Positions 25,601 to 40,600 of a DNA stretch of 64,000 nt are shown one piece after another (the stretch's first letter is position 1; every line of letters starts with the position of its first letter). The stretch lies in NCBI RefSeq assembly GCF_009914755.1, contig NC_060931.1; one strand, given 5' to 3'. The DNA is from the human T2T-CHM13v2.0 reference genome, Homo sapiens. The notes beneath the pieces were generated by a model. It had not been told where the DNA came from. It searched no databases and saw nothing but the letters and a program-made list of their open reading frames with translations. The translations under genes were made by a program, and so were the position numbers.

Positions 25601-28600
25601 ATTTGATGCCAACAGTAGAAAAGGAAATATCTTCAAATAAAAACTAGACAGAATCATTCTCAGAAACTACTTTGTGATGTGTGCCTTCAACTCACAGAGT
25701 TTAACCTTTCTTTTCTTAGAGCAGTTTAGAAACACTCTGCTTGTTATGTCTGCAAGTGGATATTTGGACCTCTTTGAGGCCTTCGTTGCAAACGGGGTTT
25801 CTTCCTTTAATGCTAGACTAAGAAGAGTTCTCAGTAACTTTTTTGTGTTGTGTGTATTCAACTCACAGAGTTGAACCTTGCTTTAGAGAGAGCAGATTTG
25901 AAACACTCTTGCTGTGGCATTTTCAGGTGGAGATTTCAAGCGATTTGAGGACAATTGCAGAAAAGGAAATATCTTCGTATAATAACCAGACAGAATCATT
26001 CTCAGAAAGTGCTTTGTGATGTGTGCGTTCAACTCACAGAGTTTAACCTTTCTTTTCATAGAGGAGTTTGGAAACACACTGTTTTTAAAGTCTGCAATTG
26101 GATATATGGACCTGTTTGAGGCCTCCGTTGGAAACGGGATTTCTTCATTGAATGCTAGACGGAAGAATTCTCAGTAAATTCTTTGTGTTGTGTGCATTCA
26201 ACTCACAGAGTGGAACGTCCCTTTAGACAGAGCAGATTTGAAACACTCTTTTTGCGGAATTTGCAAGTGGAGATTTCTAGCCATTTGATGCCAACAGTAG
26301 AAAGGGAAATATCTTCAAATAAAAACCAGACAGAATCATTCTCAGAAAATTCTTTGTGATGTGTGCGTTCAACTCACATAGTTTAACCTTTCTTTTCATA
26401 GAGCAGTTTGGAAACACTCTGTTTGTAAAGTCTGCAAGTGGATATATGGACCGCATTGAGGCCTTCGTTGGAAACGGGATTTCTTCATTTCATGCTAGAC
26501 AGAAGAATTCTCAGTAACTTCTTTGTGCTGTGTGTATTCAACTCACAGAGTGGAACGTCCCTTTACACAGAGCAGATTTGAAACACTCTTTTTGTGGAGT
26601 TTGCAAGTGGAGATTTCAAGCGATTTGATGCCAACAGTAGAAAAGGAAATATCTTCAAATAAAAACTAGACAGAATCATTCTCAGAAACTACTTTGTGAT
26701 GTGTGCCTTTAACTCACAGAGTTTAACCTTTCTTTTCTTAGAGCAGTTTAGAAACACTCTGCTTGTTATGTCTGCAAGTGGATATTTGGACCTCTTTGAG
26801 GCCTTCGTTGCAAACGGGGTTTCTTCCTTTCATGCTAGACTAAGAAGAGTTCTCAGTAACTTTTTTGTGTTGTGTGTATTCAACTCACAGAGTTGAACCT
26901 TGCTTTAGAGAGAGCAGATTTGAAACACTCTTGCTGTGGCATTTTCAGGTGGAGATTTCAAGCGATTTGAGGACAATTGCAGAAAAGGAAATATCTTCGT
27001 ATAATAACCAGACAGAATCATTCTCAGAAAGTGCTTTGTGATGTGTGCGTTCAACTCACAGAGTTTAACCTTTCTTTTCATAGAGGAGTTTGGAAACACA
27101 CTGTTTGTAAAGTCTGCAATTGGATATATGGACCTGTTTGAGGCCTCCGTTGGAAACGGGATTTCTTCATTGAATGCTAGACGGAAGAATTCTCAGTAAA
27201 TTCTTTGTGTTGTGTGCATTCAACTCAGAGAGTGGAACGTCCCTTTAGACAGAGCAGATTTGAAACACTCTTTTTGCGGAATTTGCAAGTGGAGATTTCT
27301 AGCCATTTGATGCCAACAGTAGAAAGGGAAATATCTTCAAATAAAAACCAGACAGAATCATTCTCAGAAAATTCTTTGTGATGTGTGCGTTCAACTCACA
27401 TAGTTTAACCTTTCTTTTCATAGAGCAGTTTGGAAACACTCTGTTTGTAAAGTCTGCAAGTGGATATATGGACCGCATTGAGGCCTTCGTTGGAACCGGG
27501 ATTTCTTCATTTCATGCTAGACAGAAGAATTCTCAGTAACTTCTTTGTGCTGTGTGTATTCAACTCACAGAGTGGAACGTCCCTTTGCACAGAGCAGATT
27601 TGAAACACTCTTTTTGTGGAGTTTGCAAGTGGAGATTTCAAGCGATTTGATGCCAACAGTAGAAAAGGAAATATCTTCAAATAAAAACTAGACAGAATCA
27701 TTCTCAGGAACTACTTTGTGATGTGTGCCTTCAACTCACAGAGTTTAACCTTTCTTTTCTTAGAGCAGTTTAGAAACACTCTGCTTGTTATGTCTTCAAG
27801 TGGATATTTGGACCTCTTTGAGGCCTTCGTTGCAAACGGGGTTTCTTCCTTTAATGCTAGACTAAGAAGAGTTCTCAGTAACTTTTTTGTGTTGTGTGTA
27901 TTCAACTCACAGAGTTGAACCTTGCTTTAGAGAGAGCAGATTTGAAACACTCTTGCTGTGGAATTTTCAGGTGGAGATTTCAAGCGATTTGAGGACAATT
28001 GCAGAAACGGAAATATCTTCGTATAATAACCAGACAGAATCATTCTCAGAAAGTGCTTTGTGATGTGTGCGTTCAACTCACAGAGTTTAACCTTTCTTTT
28101 CATAGAGGAGCTTGGAAACACACTGTTTGTAAAGTCTGCAATTGGATATATGGACCTGTTTGAGGCCTCCGTTGGAAACGGGATTTCTTCATTGAATGCT
28201 AGACGGAAGAATTCTCAGTAAATTCTTTGTGTTGTGTGCATTGAACTCACAGAGTGGAACGTCCCTTTAGACAGAGCAGATTTGAAACACTCTTTTTGCG
28301 GAATTTGCAAGTGGAGATTTCTAGCCATTTGATGCCAACAGTAGAAAGGGAAATATCTTCAAATAAAAACCAGACAGAATCATTCTCAGAAAATTCTTTG
28401 TGATGTGTGCGTTCAACTCACATAGTTTAACCTTTCTTTTCATAGAGCAGTTTGGAAACACTCTGTTTGTAGAGTCTGCAAGTGGATATATGGACCGCAT
28501 TGAGGCCTTCGTTGGAAACGGGATTTCTTCATTTCATGCTAGACAGAAGAATTCTCAGTAACTTCTTTGTGCTGTGTGTATTCAACTCACAGAGTGGAAC

Positions 28601-29761
28601 GTCCCTTTGCACAGAGCAGATTTGAAACACTCTTTTTGTGGAGTTTGCAAGTGGAGATTTCAAGCGATTTGATGCCAACAGTAGAAAATGAAATATCTTC
28701 AAATAAAAACTAGACAGAATCATTCTCAGAAACTACTTTGTGATGTGTGCCTTCAACTCACAGAGTTTAACCTTTCTTTTCTTAGAGCAGTTTAGAAACA
28801 CTCTGCTTGTTATGTCTGCAAGTGGATATTTGGACCTCTTTGAGGCCTTCGTTGCAAACGGGGTTTCTTCCTTTAATGCTAGACTAAGAAGAGTTCTCAG
28901 TAACTTTTTTGTGTTGTGTGTATTCAACTCACAGAGTTGAACCTTGCTTTAGAGAGAGCAGATTTGAAACACTCTTGCTGTGGCATTTTCAGGTGGAGAT
29001 TTCAAGCGATTTGAGGACAATTGCAGAAAAGGAAATATCTTCGTATAATAACCAGACAGAATCATTCTCAGAAAGTGCTTTGTGATGTGTGCGTTCAACT
29101 CACAGAGTTTAACCTTTCTTTTCATAGAGGAGTTTGGAAACACACTGTTTGTAAAGTCTGCAATTGGATATATGGACCTGTTTGAGGCCTTCGTTGGAAA
29201 CGGGATTTCTTCATTGAATGCTAGACGGAAGAATTCTCAGTAAATTCTTTGTGTTGTGTGCATTCAACTCACAGAGTGGAACGTCCCTTTAGACAGAGCA
29301 GATTTGAAACACTCTTTTTGCGGAATTTGCAAGTGGAGATTTCTAGCCATTTGATGCCAACAGTAGAAAGGGAAATATCTTCAAATAAAAACCAGACAGA
29401 ATCATTCTCAGAAAATTCTTTGTGATGTGTGCGTTCAACTCACATAGTTTAACCTTTCTTTTCATAGAGCAGTTTGGAAACACTCTGTTTGTAAAGTCTG
29501 CAAGTGGATATATGGACCGCATTGAGGCCTTCGTTGGAAACGGGATTTCTTCATTTCATGCTAGACAGAAGAATTCTCAGTAACTTCTTTGTGCTGTGTG
29601 TATTCAACTCACAGAGTGGAACGTCCCTTTGCACAGAGCAGATTTGAAACACTCTTTTTGTGGAGTTTGCAAGTGGAGATTTCAAGCGATTTGATGCCAA
29701 CAGTAGAAAAGGAAATATCTTCAAATAAAAACTAGACAGAATCATTCTCAGAAACTACTTT

Positions 29762-30443
29762 GTGATGTGTGCCTTCAACTCACAGAGTTTAACCTTTCTT
29801 TTCTTAGAGCAGTTTAGAAACACTCTGCTTGTTATGTCTGCAAGTGGATATTTGGACCTCTTTGAGGCCTTCGTTGCAAACGGGGTTTCTTCCTTTAATG
29901 CTAGACTAAGAAGAGTTCTCAGTAACTTTTTTGTGTTGTGTGTATTCAACTCACAGAGTTGAACCTTGCTTTAGAGAGAGCAGATTTGAAACACTCTTGC
30001 TGTGGCATTTTCAGGTGGAGATTTCAAGCGATTTGAGGACAATTGCAGAAAAGGAAATATCTTCGTATAATAACCAGACAGAATCATTCTCAGAAAGTGC
30101 TTTGTGATGTGTGCGTTCAACTCACAGAGTTTAACCTTTCTTTTCATAGAGGAGTTTGGAAACACACTGTTTGTAAAGTCTGCAATTGGATATATGGACC
30201 TGTTTGAGGCCTTCGTTGGAAACGGGATTTCTTCATTTCATGCTAGACAGAAGAATTCTCAGTAACTTCTTTGTGCTGTGTGTATTCAACTCACAGAGTG
30301 GAACGTCCCTTTGCACAGAGCAGATTTGAAACACTCTTTTTGTGGAGTTTGCAAGTGGAGATTTCAAGCGATTTGATGCCAACAGTAGAAAAGGAAATAT
30401 CTTCAAATAAAAACTAGACAGAATCATTCTCAGAAACTACTTT
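29762..30443 (+). repeat. Second copy of the box-spanning 4-mer HOR variant; junction 30204-30237
   Basis: Same hybrid junction as 22368-22401, exactly 7836 bp downstream. Confidence 0.93.
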
Positions 30444-31601
30444 GTGATGTGTGCCTTCAACTCACAGAGTTTAACCTTTCTTTTCTTAGAGCAGTTTAGA
30501 AACACTCTGCTTGTTATGTCTGCAAGTGGATATTTGGACCTCTTTGAGGCCTTCGTTGCAAACGGGGTTTCTTCCTTTAATGCTAGACTAAGAAGAGTTC
30601 TCAGTAACTTTTTTGTGTTGTGTGTATTCAACTCACAGAGTTGAACCTTGCTTTAGAGAGAGCAGATTTGAAACACTCTCGCTGTGGAATTTTCAGGTGG
30701 AGATTTCAAGCGATTTGAGGACAATTGCAGAAAAGGAAATATCTTCGTATAATAACCAGACAGAATCATTCTCAGAAAGTGCTTTGTGATGTGTGCGTTC
30801 AACTCACAGAGTTTAACCATTCTTTTCATAGAGGAGCTTGGAAACACACTGTTTGTAAAGTCTGCAATTGGATATATGGACCTGTTTGAGGCCTCCGTTG
30901 GAAACGGGATTTCTTCATTGAATGCTAGACGGAAGAATTCTCAGTAAATTCTTTGTGTTGTGTGCATTGAACTCAGAGAGTGGAAAGTCCCTTTAGACAG
31001 AGCAGATTTGAAACACACTTTTTGCGGAATTTGCAAGTGGAGATTTCTAGCCATTTGATGTCAACAGTAGAAAGGGAAATATCTTCAAATAAAAACCAGA
31101 CAGAATCATTCTCAGAAAATTCTTTGTGATGTGTGCGTTCAACTCACATAGTTTAACCTTTCTTTTCATAGAGCAGTTTGGAAACACTCTGTTTGTAAAG
31201 TCTGCAAGTGGATATATGGACCGCATTGAGGCCTTCGTTGGAAACGGGATTTCTTCATTTCATGCTAGACAGAAGAATTCTCAGTAACTTCTTTGTGCTG
31301 TGTGTATTCAACTCACAGAGTGGAACGTCCCTTTACACAGAGCAGATTTGAAACACTCTTTTTGTGGAGTTTGCAAGTGGAGATTTCAAGCGATTTGATG
31401 CCAACAGTATAAAAGGAAATATCTTCAAATAAAAACTAGACAGAATCATTCTCAGAAACTACTTTGTGATGTGTGCCTTTAACTCACAGAGTTTCACCTT
31501 TCTTTTCTTAGAGCAGTTTAGAAACACTCTGCTTGTTATGTCTGCAAGTGGATATTTGGACCTCTTTGAGGCCTTCGTTGCAAACGGGGTTTCTTCCTTT
31601 C

Positions 31602-34600
31602 ATGCTAGACTAAGAAGAGTTCTCAGTAACTTTTTTGTGTTGTGTGTATTCAACTCACAGAGTTGAACCTTGCTTTAGAGAGAGCAGATTTGAAACACTC
31701 TTGCTGTGGCATTTTCAGGTGGAGATTTCAAGCGATTTGAGGACAATTGCAGAAAAGGAAATATCTTCGTATAATAACCAGACAGAATCATTCTCAGAAA
31801 GTGCTTTGTGATGTGTGCGTTCAACTCACAGAGTTTAACCTTTCTTTTCATAGAGGAGTTTGGAAACACACTGTTTGTAAAGTCTGCAATTGGATATATG
31901 GACCTGTTTGAGGCCTCCGTTGGAAACGGGATTTCTTCATTGAATGCTAGACGGAAGAATTCTCAGTAAATTCTTTGTGTTGTGTGCATTCAACTCAGAG
32001 AGTGGAACGTCCCTTTAGACAGAGCAGATTTGAAACACTCTTTTTGCGGAATTTGCAAGTGGAGATTTCTAGCCATTTGATGCCAACAGTAGAAAGGGAA
32101 ATATCTTCAAATAAAAACCAGACAGAATCATTCTCAGAAAATTCTTTGTGATGTGTGCGTTCAACTCACATAGTTTAACCTTTCTTTTCATAGAGCAGTT
32201 TGGAAACACTCTGTTTGTAAAGTCTGCAAGTGGATATATGGACCGCATTGAGGCCTTCGTTGGAAACGGGATTTCTTCATTTCATGCTAGACAGAAGAAT
32301 TCTCAGTAACTTCTTTGTGCTGTGTGTATTCAACTCACAGAGTGGAACGTCCCTTTGCACAGAGCAGATTTGAAACACTCTTTTTGTGGAGTTTGCAAGT
32401 GGAGATTTCAAGCGATTTGATGCCAACAGTAGAAAAGGAAATATCTTCAAATAAAAACTAGACAGAATCATTCTCAGGAACTACTTTGTGATGTGTGCCT
32501 TCAACTCACAGAGTTTAACCTTTCTTTTCTTAGAGCAGTTTAGAAACACTCTGCTTGTTATGTCTGCAAGTGGATATTTGGACCTCTTTGAGGCCTTCGT
32601 TGCAAACGGGGTTTCTTCCTTTAATGCTAGACTAAGAAGAGTTCTCAGTAACTTTTTTGTGTTGTGTGTATTCAACTCACAGAGTTGAACCTTGCTTTAG
32701 AGAGAGCAGATTTGAAACACTCTTGCTGTGGAATTTTCAGGTGGAGATTTCAAGCGATTTGAGGACAATTGCAGAAAAGGAAATATCTTCGTATAATAAC
32801 CAGACAGACTCATTCTCAGAAAGTGCTTTGTGATGTGTGCGTTCAACTCACAGAGTTTAACCTTTCGTTTCATAGAGGAGCTTGGAAACACACTGTTTGT
32901 AAAGTCTGCAATTGGATATATGGACCTGTTTGAGGCCTCCGTTGGAAACGGGATTTCTTCATTGAATGCTAGACGGAAGAATTCTCAGTAAATTCTTTGT
33001 GTTGTGTGCATTGAACTCACAGAGTGGAACGTCCCTTTAGACAGAGCAGATTTGAAACACTCTTTTTGCGGAATTTGCAAGTGGAGATTTCTAGCCATTT
33101 GATGCCAACAGTAGAAAGGGAAATATCTTCAAATAAAAACCAGACAGAATCATTCTCAGAAAATTCTTTGTGATGTGTGCGTTCAACTCACATAGTTTAA
33201 CCTTTCTTTTCATAGAGCAGTTTGGAAACACTCTGTTTGTAAAGTCTGCAAGTGGATATATGGACCGCATTGAGGCCTTCGTTGGAAACGGGATTTCTTC
33301 ATTTCATGCTAGACAGAAGAATTCTCAGTAACTTCTTTGTGCTGTGTGTATTCAACTCACAGAGTGGAACGTCCCTTTGCACAGAGCAGATTTGAAACAC
33401 TCTTTTTGTGGAGTTTGCAAGTGGAGATTTCAAGCGATTTGATGCCAACAGTAGAAAAGGAAATATCTTCAAATAAAAACTAGACAGAATCATTCTCAGA
33501 AACTACTTTGTGATGTGTGCCTTCAACTCACAGAGTTTAACCTTTCTTTTCTTAGAGCAGTTTAGAAACACTCTGCTTGTTATGTCTGCAAGTGGATATT
33601 TGGACCTCTTTGAGGCCTTCGTTGCAAACGGGGTTTCTTCCTTTAATGCTAGACTAAGAAGAGTTCTCAGTAACTTTTTTGTGTTGTGTGTATTCAACTC
33701 ACAGAGTTGAACCTTGCTTTAGAGAGAGCAGATTTGAAACACTCTTGCTGTGGCATTTTCAGGTGGAGATTTCAAGCGATTTGAGGACAATTGCAGAAAA
33801 GGAAATATCTTCGTATAATAACCAGACAGAATCATTCTCAGAAAGTGCTTTGTGATGTGTGCGTTCAACTCACAGAGTTTAACCTTTCTTTTCATAGAGG
33901 AGTTTGGAAACACACTGTTTTTAAAGTCTGCAATTGGATATATGGACCTGTTTGAGGCCTTCGTTGGAAACGGGATTTCTTCATTGAATGCTAGACGGAA
34001 GAATTCTCAGTAAATTCTTTGTGTTGTGTGCATTCAACTCACAGAGTGGAACGTCCCTTTAGACAGAGCAGATTTGAAACACTCTTTTTGCGGAATTTGC
34101 AAGTGGAGATTTCTAGCCATTTGATGCCAACAGTAGAAAGGGAAATATCTTCAAATAAAAACCAGACAGAATCATTCTCAGAAAATTCTTTGTGATGTGT
34201 GCGTTCAACTCACATAGTTTAACCTTTCTTTTCATAGAGCAGTTTGGAAACACTCTGTTTGTAAAGTCTGCAAGTGGATATATGGACCGCATTGAGGCCT
34301 TCGTTGGAAACGGGATTTCTTCATTTCATGCTAGACAGAAGAATTCTCAGTAACTTCTTTGTGCTGTGTGTATTCAACTCACAGAGTGGAACGTCCCTTT
34401 ACACAGAGCAGATTTGAAACACTCTTTTTGTGGAGTTTGCAAGTGGAGATTTCAAGCGATTTGATGCCAACAGTAGAAAAGGAAATATCTTCAAATAAAA
34501 ACTAGACAGAATCATTCTCAGAAACTACTTTGTGATGTGTGCCTTCAACTCACAGAGTTTAACCTTTCTTTTCTTAGAGCAGTTTAGAAACACTCTGCTT

Positions 34601-37600
34601 GTTATGTCTGCAAGTGGATATTTGGACCTCTTTGAGGCCTTCGTTGCAAACGGGGTTTCTTCCTTTCATGCTAGACTAAGAAGAGTTCTCAGTAACTTTT
34701 TTGTGTTGTGTGTATTCAACTCACAGAGTTGAACCTTGCTTTAGAGAGAGCAGATTTGAAACACTCTTGCTGTGGCATTTTCAGGTGGAGATTTCAAGCG
34801 ATTTGAGGACAATTGCAGAAAAGGAAATATCTTCGTATAATAACCAGACAGAATCATTCTCAGAAAGTGCTTTGTGATGTGTGCGTTCAACTCACAGAGT
34901 TTAACCTTTCTTTTCATAGAGGAGTTTGGAAACACACTGTTTGTAAAGTCTGCAATTGGATATATGGACCTGTTTGAGGCCTCCTTTGGAAACGGGATTT
35001 CTTCATTGAATGCTAGACGGAAGAATTCTCAGTAAATTCTTTGTGTTGTGTGCATTCAACTCAGAGAGTGGAACGTCCCTTTAGACAGAGCAGATTTGAA
35101 ACACTCTTTTTGCGGAATTTGCAAGTGGAGATTTCTAGCCATTTGATGCCAACAGTAGAAAGGGAAATATCTTCAAATAAAAACCAGACAGAATCATTCT
35201 CAGAAAATTCTTTGTGATGTGTGCGTTCAACTCACATAGTTTAACCTTTCTTTTCATAGAGCAGTTTGGAAACACTCTGTTTGTAAAGTCTGCAAGTGGA
35301 TATATGGACCGCATTGAGGCCTTCGTTGGAACCGGGATTTCTTCATTTCATGCTAGACAGAAGAATTCTCAGTAACTTCTTTGTGCTGTGTGTATTCAAC
35401 TCACAGAGTGGAACGTCCCTTTGCACAGAGCAGATTTGAAACACTCTTTTTGTGGAGTTTGCAAGTGGAGATTTCAAGCGATTTGATGCCAACAGTAGAA
35501 AAGGAAATATCTTCAAATAAAAACTAGACAGAATCATTCTCAGGAACTACTTTGTGATGTGTGCCTTCAACTCACAGAGTTTAACCTTTCTTTTCTTAGA
35601 GCAGTTTAGAAACACTCTGCTTGTTATGTCTTCAAGTGGATATTTGGACCTCTTTGAGGCCTTCGTTGCAAACGGGGTTTCTTCCTTTAATGCTAGACTA
35701 AGAAGAGTTCTCAGTAACTTTTTTGTGTTGTGTGTATTCAACTCACAGAGTTGAACCTTGCTTTAGAGAGAGCAGATTTGAAACACTCTTGCTGTGGAAT
35801 TTTCAGGTGGAGATTTCAAGCGATTTGAGGACAATTGCAGAAACGGAAATATCTTCGTATAATAACCAGACAGAATCATTCTCAGAAAGTGCTTTGTGAT
35901 GTGTGCGTTCAACTCACAGAGTTTAACCTTTCTTTTCATAGAGGAGCTTGGAAACACACTGTTTGTAAAGTCTGCAATTGGATATATGGACCTGTTTGAG
36001 GCCTCCGTTGGAAACGGGATTTCTTCATTGAATGCTAGACGGAAGAATTCTCAGTAAATTCTTTGTGTTGTGTGCATTGAACTCACAGAGTGGAACGTCC
36101 CTTTAGACAGAGCAGATTTGAAACACTCTTTTTGCGGAATTTGCAAGTGGAGATTTCTAGCCATTTGATGCCAACAGTAGAAAGGGAAATATCTTCAAAT
36201 AAAAACCAGACAGAATCATTCTCAGAAAATTCTTTGTGATGTGTGCGTTCAACTCACATAGTTTAACCTTTCTTTTCATAGAGCAGTTTGGAAACACTCT
36301 GTTTGTAGAGTCTGCAAGTGGATATATGGACCGCATTGAGGCCTTCGTTGGAAACGGGATTTCTTCATTTCATGCTAGACAGAAGAATTCTCAGTAACTT
36401 CTTTGTGCTGTGTGTATTCAACTCACAGAGTGGAACGTCCCTTTGCACAGAGCAGATTTGAAACACTCTTTTTGTGGAGTTTGCAAGTGGAGATTTCAAG
36501 CGATTTGATGCCAACAGTAGAAAATGAAATATCTTCAAATAAAAACTAGACAGAATCATTCTCAGAAACTACTTTGTGATGTGTGCCTTCAACTCACAGA
36601 GTTTAACCTTTCTTTTCTTAGAGCAGTTTAGAAACACTCTGCTTGTTATGTCTGCAAGTGGATATTTGGACCTCTTTGAGGCCTTCGTTGCAAACGGGGT
36701 TTCTTCCTTTAATGCTAGACTAAGAAGAGTTCTCAGTAACTTTTTTGTGTTGTGTGTATTCAACTCACAGAGTTGAACCTTGCTTTAGAGAGAGCAGATT
36801 TGAAACACTCTTGCTGTGGCATTTTCAGGTGGAGATTTCAAGCGATTTGAGGACAATTGCAGAAAAGGAAATATCTTCGTATAATAACCAGACAGAATCA
36901 TTCTCAGAAAGTGCTTTGTGATGTGTGCGTTCAACTCACAGAGTTTAACCTTTCTTTTCATAGAGGAGTTTGGAAACACACTGTTTGTAAAGTCTGCAAT
37001 TGGATATATGGACCTGTTTGAGGCCTTCGTTGGAAACGGGATTTCTTCATTGAATGCTAGACGGAAGAATTCTCAGTAAATTCTTTGTGTTGTGTGCATT
37101 CAACTCACAGAGTGGAACGTCCCTTTAGACAGAGCAGATTTGAAACACTCTTTTTGCGGAATTTGCAAGTGGAGATTTCTAGCCATTTGATGCCAACAGT
37201 AGAAAGGGAAATATCTTCAAATAAAAACCAGACAGAATCATTCTCAGAAAATTCTTTGTGATGTGTGCGTTCAACTCACATAGTTTAACCTTTCTTTTCA
37301 TAGAGCAGTTTGGAAACACTCTGTTTGTAAAGTCTGCAAGTGGATATATGGACCTGTTTGAGGCCTTCGTTGGAAACGGGATTTCTTCATTTCATGCTAG
37401 ACAGAAGAATTCTCAGTAACTTCTTTGTGCTGTGTGTATTCAACTCACAGAGTGGAACGTCCCTTTGCACAGAGCAGATTTGAAACACTCTTTTTGTGGA
37501 GTTTGCAAGTGGAGATTTCAAGCGATTTGATGCCAACAGTAGAAAAGGAAATATCTTCAAATAAAAACTAGACAGAATCATTCTCAGAAACTACTTTGTG

Positions 37601-40600
37601 ATGTGTGCCTTCAACTCACAGAGTTTAACCTTTCTTTTCTTAGAGCAGTTTAGAAACACTCTGCTTGTTATGTCTGCAAGTGGATATTTGGACCTCTTTG
37701 AGGCCTTCGTTGCAAACGGGGTTTCTTCCTTTAATGCTAGACTAAGAAGAGTTCTCAGTAACTTTTTTGTGTTGTGTGTATTCAACTCACAGAGTTGAAC
37801 CTTGCTTTAGAGAGAGCAGATTTGAAACACTCTTGCTGTGGCATTTTCAGGTGGAGATTTCAAGCGATTTGAGGACAATTGCAGAAAAGGAAATATCTTC
37901 GTATAATAACCAGACAGAATCATTCTCAGAAAGTGCTTTGTGATGTGTGCGTTCAACTCACAGAGTTTAACCTTTCTTTTCATAGAGGAGTTTGGAAACA
38001 CACTGTTTGTAAAGTCTGCAATTGGATATATGGACCTGTTTGAGGCCTCCGTTGGAAACGGGATTTCTTCATTGAATGCTAGACGGAAGAATTCTCAGTA
38101 AATTCTTTGTGTTGTGTGCATTCAACTCAGAGAGTGGAACGTCCCTTTAGACAGAGCAGATTTGAAACACTCTTTTTGCGGAATTTGCAAGTGGAGATTT
38201 CTAGCCATTTGATGCCAACAGTAGAAAGGGAAATATCTTCAAATAAAAACCAGACAGAATCATTCTCAGAAAATTCTTTGTGATGTGTGCGTTCAACTCA
38301 CATAGTTTAACCTTTCTTTTCATAGAGCAGTTTGGAAACACTCTGTTTGTAAAGTCTGCAAGTGGATATATGGACCGCATTGAGGCCTTCGTTGGAAACG
38401 GGATTTCTTCATTTCATGCTAGACAGAAGAATTCTCAGTAACTTCTTTGTGCTGTGTGTATTCAACTCACAGAGTGGAACGTCCCTTTGCACAGAGCAGA
38501 TTTGAAACACTCTTTTTGTGGAGTTTGCCAGTGGAGATTTCAAGCGATTTGATGCCAACAGTAGAAAAGGAAATATCTTCAAATAAAAACTAGACAGAAT
38601 CATTCTCAGGAACTACTTTGTGATGTGTGCCTTCAACTCACAGAGTTTAACCTTTCTTTTCTTAGAGCAGTTTAGAAACACTCTGCTTGTTATGTCTGCA
38701 AGTGGATATTTGGACCTCTTTGAGGCCTTCGTTGCAAACGGGGTTTCTTCCTTTAATGCTAGACTAAGAAGAGTTCTCAGTAACTTTTTTGTGTTGTGTG
38801 TATTCAACTCACAGAGTTGAACCTTGCTTTAGAGAGAGCAGATTTGAAACACTCTTGCTGTGGAATTTTCAGGTGGAGATTTCAAGCGATTTGAGGACAA
38901 TTGCAGAAAAGGAAATATCTTCGTATAATAACCAGACAGACTCATTCTCAGAAAGTGCTTTGTGATGTGTGCGTTCAACTCACAGAGTTTAACCTTTCGT
39001 TTCATAGAGGAGCTTGGAAACACACTGTTTGTAAAGTCTGCAATTGGATATATGGACCTGTTTGAGGCCTCCGTTGGAAACGGGATTTCTTCATTGAATG
39101 CTAGACGGAAGAATTCTCAGTAAATTCTTTGTGTTGTGTGCATTGAACTCACAGAGTGGAACGTCCCTTTAGACAGAGCAGATTTGAAACACTCTTTTTG
39201 CGGAATTTGCAAGTGGAGATTTCTAGCCATTTGATGCCAACAGTAGAAAGGGAAATATCTTCAAATAAAAACCAGACAGAATCATTCTCAGAAAATTCTT
39301 TGTGATGTGTGCGTTCAACTCACATAGTTTAACCTTTCTTTTCATAGAGCAGTTTGGAAACACTCTGTTTGTAAAGTCTGCAAGTGGATATATGGACCGC
39401 ATTGAGGCCTTCGTTGGAAACGGGATTTCTTCATTTCATGCTAGACAGAAGAATTCTCAGTAACTTCTTTGTGCTGTGTGTATTCAACTCACAGAGTGGA
39501 ACGTCCCTTTGCACAGAGCAGATTTGAAACACTCTTTTTGTGGAGTTTGCAAGTGGAGATTTCAAGCGATTTGATGCCAACAGTAGAAAAGGAAATATCT
39601 TCAAATAAAAACTAGACAGAATCATTCTCAGAAACTACTTTGTGATGTGTGCCTTCAACTCACAGAGTTTAACCTTTCTTTTCTTAGAGCAGTTTAGAAA
39701 CACTCTGCTTGTTATGTCTGCAAGTGGATATTTGGACCTCTTTGAGGCCTTCGTTGCAAACGGGGTTTCTTCCTTTAATGCTAGACTAAGAAGAGTTCTC
39801 AGTAACTTTTTTGTGTTGTGTGTATTCAACTCACAGAGTTGAACCTTGCTTTAGAGAGAGCAGATTTGAAACACTCTTGCTGTGGCATTTTCAGGTGGAG
39901 ATTTCAAGCGATTTGAGGACAATTGCAGAAAAGGAAATATCTTCGTATAATAACCAGACAGAATCATTCTCAGAAAGTGCTTTGTGATGTGTGCGTTCAA
40001 CTCACAGAGTTTAACCTTTCTTTTCATAGAGGAGTTTGGAAACACACTGTTTTTAAAGTCTGCAATTGGATATATGGACCTGTTTGAGGCCTTCGTTGGA
40101 AACGGGATTTCTTCATTGAATGCTAGACGGAAGAATTCTCAGTAAATTCTTTGTGTTGTGTGCATTCAACTCACAGAGTGGAACGTCCCTTTAGACAGAG
40201 CAGATTTGAAACACTCTTTTTGCGGAATTTGCAAGTGGAGATTTCTAGCCATTTGATGCCAACAGTAGAAAGGGAAATATCTTCAAATAAAAACCAGACA
40301 GAATCATTCTCAGAAAATTCTTTGTGATGTGTGCGTTCAACTCACATAGTTTAACCTTTCTTTTCATAGAGCAGTTTGGAAACACTCTGTTTGTAAAGTC
40401 TGCAAGTGGATATATGGACCGCATTGAGGCCTTCGTTGGAAACGGGATTTCTTCATTTCATGCTAGACAGAAGAATTCTCAGTAACTTCTTTGTGCTGTG
40501 TGTATTCAACTCACAGAGTGGAACGTCCCTTTACACAGAGCAGATTTGAAACACTCTTTTTGTGGAGTTTGCAAGTGGAGATTTCAAGCGATTTGATGCC

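Larger units (their letters stand above)
19540..37354 (+). repeat. 7836-bp super-repeat (7 HOR + one 4-mer), about 2.3 copies
   Basis: GGAACCGGG boxes (19649, 27485, 35321), ATGTCTTCAAG (ORFs 19882, 27718, 35554), the 4-mer junction (22375, 30211), GGAAAGTCC, GTATAAAAGG, TTCGTTTC and GTTTTTAAAG all recur at 7836 bp. Confidence 0.92.
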
